The position numbers and the translations under genes are program-made. A stretch of 38,063 bases of DNA from Chloroflexota bacterium. Its GTDB lineage: Bacteria; Chloroflexota; Limnocylindria; QHBO01. This document shows positions 8,482-14,925 of the stretch, piece after piece. The DNA lies in NCBI GenBank assembly GCA_005879815.1, contig VBKA01000003.1:1-38063 (forward strand). Direction: 5' to 3'. The notes under the pieces were generated by a model. It searched no databases, was not told the origin of the DNA, and worked only from the letters and a program-made list of their open reading frames with translations. Position 1 is the stretch's first letter, and the number at the start of each line of letters is the position of its first letter.

Positions 8482-9069
8482 TCAGGCCGGGAGGAGCAGG
8501 CGCACGACGATGGCGCTGACCGCGATCCCGATCGCCGCGGGTGCCAGGCCTCGGCGGATGCGCGACCGCATCCTCGTGAACGCCGGCATCAGGGTCGCGG
8601 CGACCAGCGCCCCGACGAGCCCCGCCGTCGCGCCCTTCAGCGCCTGGACGAGGTAGGGCGTCAACGTCCCGGCCCGCACCTCGGGAGAGACAGCTACGGC
8701 ATACAGCACCACCAGCAGCGCGCCGAACAGGGCGGAGCCAAGGGTGCCCGCCGCCGCCCACATCGGACGCAGCTGGGTCGTGCCGGTGATCACACCGCCG
8801 ACCACCAGCGCGCCCGCGATGAGCCAGGTCCCCGGCGTCGGGTGGGCCGCTTGCATCGGAGACGCGATCACGGACCACACGAGCGCCAGCGCCGGTGCCA
8901 GCAGCATGCCCAAGGCGGCGACCCAGGTGAGCGGGCGGCGCCAGTCCTCGGGATCCGCCGGCGGGACGACTGTCCCGAGCCGGACGCTGACCGGGACCAC
9001 CTCGTCGTGGGCGTCGGCCGTCACCGAGCCGGACGGCGCGGTGCCAGGCGGTGGCGGCGGTGGCGTCAT
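8482..9069 (-). CDS. hypothetical membrane protein (Pro-rich N-terminus, about 4 TM)
   Basis: I place the start at ATG 9069 (MTPPPPPP...), which overlaps the upstream ligase stop as ATGA (9066-9069). The longer 297-aa track ORF would run antisense-frame into the ligase gene. The gene ends 6 nt before the S9 peptidase start. Confidence 0.55.
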   Translation of the reverse strand: MTPPPPPPGTAPSGSVTADAHDEVVPVSVRLGTVVPPADPEDWRRPLTWVAALGMLLAPALALVWSVIASPMQAAHPTPGTWLIAGALVVGGVITGTTQLRPMWAAAGTLGSALFGALLVVLYAVAVSPEVRAGTLTPYLVQALKGATAGLVGALVAATLMPAFTRMRSRIRRGLAPAAIGIAVSAIVVRLLLPA

Positions 9070-10355
9070 GCGACGATCGCGCCCTCGGGCTGTTCGGCCA
9101 TCTCCGTCGCGCTGGGGACCGTGGCAAGGCGCAGTCCCAGGACGCGTGCGCCGAGCTCGCGCACCATCCAGCCCGCCTGGACGACGAGGTCGCGCCGTGC
9201 CTCGCGCGTGCAGAGCGCTGCCAGCGCGTGCAGCTCCGGCAGCGCAGCGGGCGTATACAGATCGTCGTCCATCGCGGCCAGGAACCGCGCCCGATGCCCC
9301 GCGATGGTCGGGTCCAGGGCGGCTGGATCGGCAAGCGCGGGAGCCAGCGGCTCGAGCTCCTCGGCGACACGACACGCCCGTCGGAGGAGCGCAGTCTGCG
9401 TGGCGGATGCGTCCAGATCGGCTTCATCGAAATCGATCTCGTCGCGGTAGTGGTGGCTCACCAGGTAATGGCGGATCGCGTCGCCGGAGTAGGTCCCCAG
9501 CAGCTCGCGTACCAGCACCAGGTTGCCCAGTGACTTGCTCATCTTCTCGCCGCGGTAGCTGACCATCCCCGCGTGCAGCCAGTAGGCGACAAACGGTCGT
9601 CGCCCCGTGGCCCCCTCCGACTGCGCGATCTCCGCTTCGTGGTGCGGAAAGATCAGGTCCTGCCCGCCCCCGTGGATCTCGAACTGGGGTCCCAGGTAGG
9701 CCATGCTCATCGCCGAACACTCGACATGCCAGCCCGGCCGCCCAGTACCCCAGGGCGACTCCCACGCGGGCTCATCCGGCGCTGACGGCTGCCAGAGCAC
9801 GAAGTCGAGGGGATCGCGCTTGCCGGGCATGTCGGGCACGTTGCCGCGCTCGTTGGCAATCGGCAGCATCCCCTCGCGCGGAAGGTGCGACAGCTCCCCG
9901 AACTGCGGCCGGGAGGCGATCGAGTAGTAGACGTGGCCATCCGCGACGTACGCGTTCCCGCTGGCCACCAGCTGGCGGATGAGCTCATGCATCTCCGGGA
10001 TGTGCTTGGTCGCCCGGGTGAGATGGTCGGGGGGCAGCCAGTTGAGGGCGGCCATCTCGGCCAGGAACGTGGTCAGGTGGCGGTTGCCGAGCTCCAGGTA
10101 GTCCTCTCCAAGCTCTCGGGCCTTTCGCAGGATGTCGTCGTCCACATCGGTCAGGTTCTGGACGTAGGTCACCTGGTAGCCGAGGTATTCCAGGTACCGA
10201 TGCAGGACGTCGAAGCTGAGGTTGGTGAAGGCATGGCCCAGGTGGCCGGTGTCATAGGGCGTCACGCCGCAGACGTAGAGGCCCACCGGGCCGCCCCCGA
10301 TCGGCTCGAACGGCACCTTCATTTCGGTGCGCGAGTCGAAGAGGCGAAGCGTCAC
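9066..10355 (-). CDS. mshC: class-I cysteine ligase of the CysS family, MshC-like (cysteine--tRNA ligase paralog / mycothiol cysteine ligase type)
   Basis: HIGH motif (HLGH), KMSKS and the Zn-ligand positions (YVCG, WHVEC, HGGGxDLxFPHHE) are present. MshC-like features: LRLFDS start, HLGHA not followed by Arg, YVQNxTDxDD without the CysS Lys, ERGNxPDxPGK insert, [12 protein letters not shown]. At 429 aa the protein ends where MshC ends, without the CysS C-terminal anticodon-binding extension. HHEAEIAQS, however, is CysS-like, so the assignment is not certain. Confidence 0.85.
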   Translation of the reverse strand: MTLRLFDSRTEMKVPFEPIGGGPVGLYVCGVTPYDTGHLGHAFTNLSFDVLHRYLEYLGYQVTYVQNLTDVDDDILRKARELGEDYLELGNRHLTTFLAEMAALNWLPPDHLTRATKHIPEMHELIRQLVASGNAYVADGHVYYSIASRPQFGELSHLPREGMLPIANERGNVPDMPGKRDPLDFVLWQPSAPDEPAWESPWGTGRPGWHVECSAMSMAYLGPQFEIHGGGQDLIFPHHEAEIAQSEGATGRRPFVAYWLHAGMVSYRGEKMSKSLGNLVLVRELLGTYSGDAIRHYLVSHHYRDEIDFDEADLDASATQTALLRRACRVAEELEPLAPALADPAALDPTIAGHRARFLAAMDDDLYTPAALPELHALAALCTREARRDLVVQAGWMVRELGARVLGLRLATVPSATEMAEQPEGAIVA

Positions 10356-10362
10356 GGTTCCG

Positions 10363-10368
10363 ATTCTA
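10363..10368 (-). promoter_or_regulatory. -10-like hexamer TAGAAT placed 7 nt before GTG 10355 (leaderless-type start of the cysteine ligase gene)
   Basis: The minus strand reads CCTAGAAT-CGGAACC-GTG, with no Shine-Dalgarno sequence. Confidence 0.45.
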
Positions 10369-10495
10369 GGTGGCCCCCCGCGCAGACGCCCGCGCGGGAG
10401 TGATCAGCGTTGGGCGTGCCGTAGAATCCGGGCGCCAGGGGAGCCCAACGTACCCAGGTGAGCTGCCTACCTACGCCGTACTTGGGAGCCGAGCC

Positions 10496-10603
10496 ATGTG
10501 GGAAGTCCTGCGCTGGATGATCGTGTTCGTCCTCGCCCTGCTGCTCATCGTGGCGGCCATCTACCTCGTCACCGGCCGGCCACTGCCAATCCCCCAGTTC
10601 TGA
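10496..10603 (+). CDS. small hydrophobic peptide (35 aa, single TM), hypothetical
   Basis: MWEVLRWMIVFVLALLLIVAAIYLVTGRPLPIPQF. GGGAG at 10484-10488 lies 7 nt before the ATG, and TAGAAT at 10421-10426 could serve as a -10. The gene is too short for a family call. Confidence 0.35.
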   Translation: MWEVLRWMIVFVLALLLIVAAIYLVTGRPLPIPQF

Positions 10604-10650
10604 TCCGGAGGCGATGGCCTGCTGCCTGCGCCAGCCCTGATCGCCGCGCC

Positions 10651-11115
10651 TCAGAATTCGGGCTTGGTGCTCATCAGGAAGCCGATGACGCCCGTGGCCA
10701 GCGCCATGGCGTAGGCCAGGAGGCGCTGCCGGCGAGCGCCCCGCCGCCATGCTTCGCCGTCCGCGGGCAGGGCTCGTCCCCGCACGCCTAACAGGCGGCG
10801 CAGGTTCGGGCGCGAGACGAGGCCCGCCACCAACAGGTTCGCCGCATAGATGCTGAGCGCCGCGAGCAGCCACGGCTTGCGCAAGAGGTCCGGCCCAAGC
10901 ACGGCCAGCAGTCCGGCGCCCGTGATCGCGAGACCGATGCCGATCACGAGGCTGCCGGAGCCCTGCAGGCTCAGCAGGAATCTCGCCAGCGGGCCGGGCT
11001 GTCGCGCGCCATTCGCCTCGTCGCTCCGCAGCAGGAAGGGGAGCAGGAGGCTTGGGAGGAGCAGGGAGACTGCCAGCCCGACGTGCGTCACGAGGAGGAC
11101 GGGGAACCAGGGCAT
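10651..11115 (-). CDS. hypothetical integral membrane protein (4 TM)
   Basis: I place the start at ATG 11115 (MPWFPVLLVTHVGLAV...). The longer 322-aa track ORF overlaps the divergent OCD gene. TAGGAT lies 7 nt upstream. Confidence 0.55.
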   Translation of the reverse strand: MPWFPVLLVTHVGLAVSLLLPSLLLPFLLRSDEANGARQPGPLARFLLSLQGSGSLVIGIGLAITGAGLLAVLGPDLLRKPWLLAALSIYAANLLVAGLVSRPNLRRLLGVRGRALPADGEAWRRGARRQRLLAYAMALATGVIGFLMSTKPEF

Positions 11116-11122
11116 GGCGGCG

Positions 11123-11128
11123 ATCCTA
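11123..11128 (-). promoter_or_regulatory. -10-like hexamer TAGGAT placed 7 nt before ATG 11115 (leaderless-type start)
   Basis: The minus strand reads GGGTAGGAT-CGCCGCC-ATG. Confidence 0.4.
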
Positions 11129-11142
11129 CCCGATGCTCCGGC

Positions 11143-11148
11143 TAGACT
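11143..11148 (+). promoter_or_regulatory. -10-like hexamer TAGACT placed 7 nt before GTG 11156 (leaderless-type start)
   Basis: GCTAGACT-CCGAGCA-GTG. It lies in a 40-bp divergent intergenic region together with the opposing TAGGAT. Confidence 0.4.
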
Positions 11149-11155
11149 CCGAGCA

Positions 11156-12148
11156 GTGAGCCATCCGGTCGTGCCCACCTTCGACGGACAGGCAATTCGC
11201 GACGCTGTGCCCATGGGCGACCTGCTCGATGCGATCGACGCCGCGTTCCGCGACGTGGCCACCGGCCGGGACCGTTCTCCGGTGCGCACCCGCCTCGAGA
11301 TGGGAAACGGGGACCTGCTGCTCATGCCAGGACTGCGGGCTGGTGGCCGGGGAGCCGCAGTCAAGCTGGTCACAGTCATGCCGGGCAATGCGGACCGTGG
11401 CCTCCCAACAGTCCAGGCGGTGGTGGTCTGGTTCGACGCGGGCAGCGGTGAGCCGCTCGCCATACTGGATGGAACCACCGTCACCGCCATGCGCACCGGC
11501 GCCGCTTCTGGAGTGGCGACTCGCCTCCTGGCGCGTCGGGACGCTTCGGTCCTCGCCCTCTTCGGCTGTGGGGCGCAGGCCCCCTGGCAGGTGCGCGCCG
11601 TGATGGCCGCGCGGCCCATCCGCGAGCTGCGCGTCTACGCCAGGAATGAGGCGCGTCGGGCGGCCTTCGCCGAGCGCATGGGCGACGAGCTGGGCTCGGG
11701 AGTGCGGGTCGCCGCGGCAGGCTCCCCGGCCGAGGCGCTGCGCGGGGCCGAGATCGTGTGTTGCGCCACCACGTCCAGCGAGCCGCTCTTCGACGCCGGA
11801 CAGGTCGAGACCGGGGCGCACGTCAACGGCATCGGTGCCTTCCACCTTGGCATGGTCGAGATCCCTCCCGCTCTCTTCGCCCGCGCCAGCCTGGTGGCGG
11901 TCGATGCTCGGGAAGCCTCACTCGCGGAGGCCGGCGACCTCGTCGCCGCGCTACGCAGCGGCGATCTCGGGGAGGGTGGCTACGTGGAGCTCGGGAGCGT
12001 GGACCCGGCGTGGGTTGAGACCCGCGATCCGCAGTCCATCACGATCTTCAAGAGTGTGGGGCTTGCCATCCAGGATCTGGCGGCGGCCGAGCTGATCGGC
12101 CATCGGCTGCTCGAACGCCAGGAACTCGACCGCGAGGAAGGCGCCTAG
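11156..12148 (+). CDS. ornithine cyclodeaminase / mu-crystallin family protein
   Basis: 330 aa from GTG 11156. OCD-family pattern: VKLVTVMPGN, DGTTVTAMRTGAASGVATRLLAR, a GCGAQA Rossmann start, and GAHVNGIGAF. The ORF-track start at 10850 runs through the divergent membrane gene and is rejected. Confidence 0.85.
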   Translation: MSHPVVPTFDGQAIRDAVPMGDLLDAIDAAFRDVATGRDRSPVRTRLEMGNGDLLLMPGLRAGGRGAAVKLVTVMPGNADRGLPTVQAVVVWFDAGSGEPLAILDGTTVTAMRTGAASGVATRLLARRDASVLALFGCGAQAPWQVRAVMAARPIRELRVYARNEARRAAFAERMGDELGSGVRVAAAGSPAEALRGAEIVCCATTSSEPLFDAGQVETGAHVNGIGAFHLGMVEIPPALFARASLVAVDAREASLAEAGDLVAALRSGDLGEGGYVELGSVDPAWVETRDPQSITIFKSVGLAIQDLAAAELIGHRLLERQELDREEGA

Positions 12149-13341
12149 GGTCGCGGCAGCTGCGCGATGGCTCGGCCGGCCAGATCGCGCGCCACGGCGT
12201 CGAGGAAGGCCTTGACGACCTCGGGGAATCGCTCGCGGAACATCAGCAGCCGCGGGTCAAGTGTCGGCGATATGAGCGCGGCGGAGAGCGCGTCGAGATC
12301 CGCGCCGGTCGCGATGCGGCCACTTGCCTCGACCGGCCCGCGCGGGGGTTCGGCGTTCGGCGCCGCGACCAACGGCGTGGGGTGCTGCGGCGGAGGTGGC
12401 GGCGGTGCGCTGGCGCTCACCACGGTCGCCTGGCCGCCGCCGGGCAGCTGTTGGTCAAGGGGCGGCGTGGGGAGTGCCGACCCGGTCGGCGACGGCGTGG
12501 GTGAAGCGCTGGGCCGAGCCGTTGGTGCTGGCGTCGGGGTTGGCGTGGGCGGTGCCGGGTGGGGAGTCGGAGTCGCCGATGGCCTTGCCGACGGAGTGGC
12601 TGATCCTGACGTGCTCGGCTTGGCGGTTGGGGTAGCCGTGGCGCGCGGTGTTGGCGTGGCTGCCGGGCGGGGTGTGGGCGTCGGAGTCGGACTTGGCGTC
12701 GGGGTGGGCGAGGGGCTCGGGGTACCCAAGCCGGTGACCGTGACGCCCGGGTAGTAGTAGATGAGCACGATCTGCGAGGCGGTCAGCCCGGCCCGGCCGC
12801 ACGCCTGGGTTCCCCACTGGTACGCCTTCCAACCGTTCGCGTTGGCGCCGCAGGCCTCGTTGACCCCGCCCGCGTTGTAATAGGTCGGGAAGATGTGGCC
12901 GTCGCGGTGGACGAGCGCACTCCACGTGGCGTCGACGGCGGCCGCCGTCGTGCTCCAGGTGGGGAGGCTCGGGTCGTAGACCTGGTCCCAGGTGTCGTCG
13001 CGGATGTCGAAACAGGCGCCGCTGGAATCCACGCCGCCCCGCCAGTGCAGGACCTGGTACCACGCGTAGTTGCGGACGAGAAGAGCGCCGGATCGAAGCG
13101 ATTCGGTCGTCCACGAGCCGATCCATTCGCGAGAGAGCACGTTCTTGGTGTACGGCTTGAAGCTGACGATGTCGACCGTTCCGCTGGCGTGCCGGAAGAC
13201 GCGGATGGTCGGCGGAGGGAGCGTCTCCGAGGTCCAGGCGCTGCAGGACGAACCGGCTACCGGGCCAACGAGCCCCGGTAGCAGGCCGACCAGAAGACCG
13301 GAGACCGCCAGGCAGGTCGCGGCAAGGGTGCGGCGAGGCAT
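12145..13341 (-). CDS. secreted SpoIID/LytB-like domain protein with Pro/Thr-rich linker and C-terminal helical tail
   Basis: Start at ATG 13341, giving a signal peptide (MPRRTLAATCLAVSGLLVGLLPGLVGPVAG). YTKNVLSREWIGSWTTESLRSGALLVRNYAWYQV...CFDIRDDTWDQVYDP resembles the SpoIID core (YLxGVVxxEM...ALKAQAVAARTYA...C.T..CQVY). The functional call is tentative. Its stop shares a CTAG with the convergent OCD gene. Confidence 0.65.
   Translation of the reverse strand: MPRRTLAATCLAVSGLLVGLLPGLVGPVAGSSCSAWTSETLPPPTIRVFRHASGTVDIVSFKPYTKNVLSREWIGSWTTESLRSGALLVRNYAWYQVLHWRGGVDSSGACFDIRDDTWDQVYDPSLPTWSTTAAAVDATWSALVHRDGHIFPTYYNAGGVNEACGANANGWKAYQWGTQACGRAGLTASQIVLIYYYPGVTVTGLGTPSPSPTPTPSPTPTPTPRPAATPTPRATATPTAKPSTSGSATPSARPSATPTPHPAPPTPTPTPAPTARPSASPTPSPTGSALPTPPLDQQLPGGGQATVVSASAPPPPPPQHPTPLVAAPNAEPPRGPVEASGRIATGADLDALSAALISPTLDPRLLMFRERFPEVVKAFLDAVARDLAGRAIAQLPRP
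12466..12723 (-). repeat. coding low-complexity Pro/Thr/Ser/Ala repeat (linker) inside the SpoIID-like gene
   Basis: Translates to TPSPSPTPTPSPTPTPTPRPAATPTPRATATPT...PTPTPTPAPTARPSASPTPSPT. At the DNA level it is degenerate GGNGTNGG-type repetition on the plus strand. Confidence 0.8.
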
Positions 13342-13391
13342 CGGTCGCGACGGTAGTCCGCACAGGACCGCACCCCAACCCACCTATGGTC

Positions 13392-14285
13392 CTAGACCGA
13401 TGGTTGGTCCGCCCAGCGGTGCACCCGTTCGCGCAGCCGGTCGAAGCCCAGCTCGGTGCAGACCGCGAGGAATTCCGAGCGCGGCACCCCGCCCCAGGCA
13501 AGGCCGTCGAGCGTGCCGCTGATCGCGGCATCGGTGTTCAGGCGTGCGAGTCGCCGATAGAGCATCGCCTCGGCCTTGTGGTCCCGCAGCACGGCCGCGA
13601 GCTGGGAGGCGCCGCGCAGGGGAACGTCCCAGTCGAGCGGCGACTCGGGGATCGCGTCCAGATCTCCGAACCGCGCGAGGATGGCAGCCGAGCTCCGGGC
13701 TCCCCATCCGGAGAGCCCGGGGTACCCGTCCGAGCTGTCGCCAACCAGGGCGAGGTAGTCCGGGATCGAGGCGGGAGCGACGCCGAACTTGGCGACCACG
13801 CCCGCCTCGTCGTAGGTCACGCGACGGATCCGATCGCGGAGCACGATACGGCCGTCGTCGACGCACTGCGCGAGGTCCTTGTCGACCGAGCAGATCACGA
13901 TCTGCTCGACCCTCGGGTCGCCGGAGAAGCGCGCGACCGCGGTGGCGATCGCGTCGTCGGCCTCGTCCTCGACCATCGCCCAGGTCACGATGCCAAGCGC
14001 ACGCAACGCGCGCTCGGCGTCGTCGAACTGCTCGAGCAGGTCCGTCGGGAGGCCAACGCTCGACTTATAGCCGGGAAAGACGTCGTTGCGCCACGACTCG
14101 ATCACGTGGTCGGTAGCGGCGGCGACGTGGGTGACGTCGGGCTCGCGCAGGAGGGAGAGCATCGAATCGATGAGCCCATGCACAGCGTTGACCGGCCGCC
14201 CGTCGGGAGCGAACTCCATCTGCCTGCCCGGCGAGTAGAAGGCGCGGAAGAGCTCGAAGGTCGCGTCGACCAGGTGCAGCTTCAT
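13392..14285 (-). CDS. stand-alone 5'-3' exonuclease / flap endonuclease (Pol I N-terminal domain family)
   Basis: Start at ATG 14285 (MKLHLVDATFELFRAFY...), overlapping the GNAT stop as ATGA. It has the PIN-like acidic clusters (EADDAIAT, SVDKDLAQ) and the H3TH motif (IPDYLALVGDSSDGYPGLSGWG). Confidence 0.85.
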   Translation of the reverse strand: MKLHLVDATFELFRAFYSPGRQMEFAPDGRPVNAVHGLIDSMLSLLREPDVTHVAAATDHVIESWRNDVFPGYKSSVGLPTDLLEQFDDAERALRALGIVTWAMVEDEADDAIATAVARFSGDPRVEQIVICSVDKDLAQCVDDGRIVLRDRIRRVTYDEAGVVAKFGVAPASIPDYLALVGDSSDGYPGLSGWGARSSAAILARFGDLDAIPESPLDWDVPLRGASQLAAVLRDHKAEAMLYRRLARLNTDAAISGTLDGLAWGGVPRSEFLAVCTELGFDRLRERVHRWADQPSV

Positions 14286-14761
14286 GACTCGTCGAGGGGC
14301 ATCTCCATCGCGCCCGTGGCCGGAGCGAACCCGGCCCGCTCGTAGAACGGGATGGCTCGCTCGCTCGGCCACAGGAGCAACGTGTCGAGGCCCTCACTTC
14401 GGGCAGCGGCGATCGCGACATCCATCACCGCCCTCCCGATTCCGCGGTCACGCCATGCCGCATCGACGTAAACGTTGGTGATGTAGCCCCACGCCGGCGG
14501 GCGGGGATATGGCCGCGGCACCTTGTCGATCCGCTGCAGGAACGCGGTGGCGATCAGGCGCCGTGCCGCGTCCGGATCGTCCGCGACCCAGATCGACCAC
14601 CGGCCGCTTGCCAGGTATCGCCGCAGCTCCGAGGCCATTCGCCGGATGAAGGCTTCGTACGGCTCGGTGGGCTGGCGTTCCTCCAGGGAGGACTCCCAGC
14701 GCAGCCGCGCGATCTCGTCTGCATCGCCCGCGGTGGCCGGGCGAATCCGGGGACTCTCCAC
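14282..14761 (-). CDS. GNAT-family N-acetyltransferase
   Basis: Acetyl-CoA-binding motif VDAAWRDRGIGRAVM and C-terminal FYERAGF. I prefer the start at GTG 14761 (VESPRIRPATAGD...) because TACCAT sits 6 nt upstream. The alternative ATG at 14803 adds 14 residues. Confidence 0.8.
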   Translation of the reverse strand: MESPRIRPATAGDADEIARLRWESSLEERQPTEPYEAFIRRMASELRRYLASGRWSIWVADDPDAARRLIATAFLQRIDKVPRPYPRPPAWGYITNVYVDAAWRDRGIGRAVMDVAIAAARSEGLDTLLLWPSERAIPFYERAGFAPATGAMEMPLDES

Positions 14762-14767
14762 GCGGGC

Positions 14768-14773
14768 ATGGTA
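14768..14773 (-). promoter_or_regulatory. -10-like hexamer TACCAT placed 6 nt before GTG 14761 (leaderless-type start of the GNAT gene)
   Basis: The minus strand reads CCTACCAT-GCCCGC-GTG. Confidence 0.4.
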
Positions 14774-14925
14774 GGCGCCGATAAGCAGGCAATAAGTGCG
14801 CATATGCGAGGCTCGCTGCCGGCTGGAGGTTCGGCGCGGGCGCGTGCCCTGCGAACGACCGTGGCGACCCGCTGCCACGGTGCCGCGCCGAGCCTCCGGT
14901 CGAGGCCGGGTCTCGGAACAGCGCC

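Noticed and set aside
6929-9427. An 832-aa minus-strand ORF, the longest in the track, spanning the S9 peptidase, the membrane protein and the ligase 3' end.
   Set aside because: Its composition is extreme in Arg, Pro, Gly and Ala with no recognisable motif. It lies in an alternative frame over three genes that have clear family signatures. This is the typical shadow ORF of high-GC DNA.
10850-11619. Mutually overlapping long forms of the OCD gene (start 10850) and the divergent membrane gene (start 11619).
   Set aside because: The two cannot both be real. Family-like sequence begins at GTG 11156 and at ATG 11115 respectively, and each of those starts has a TANNNT hexamer 7 nt upstream.
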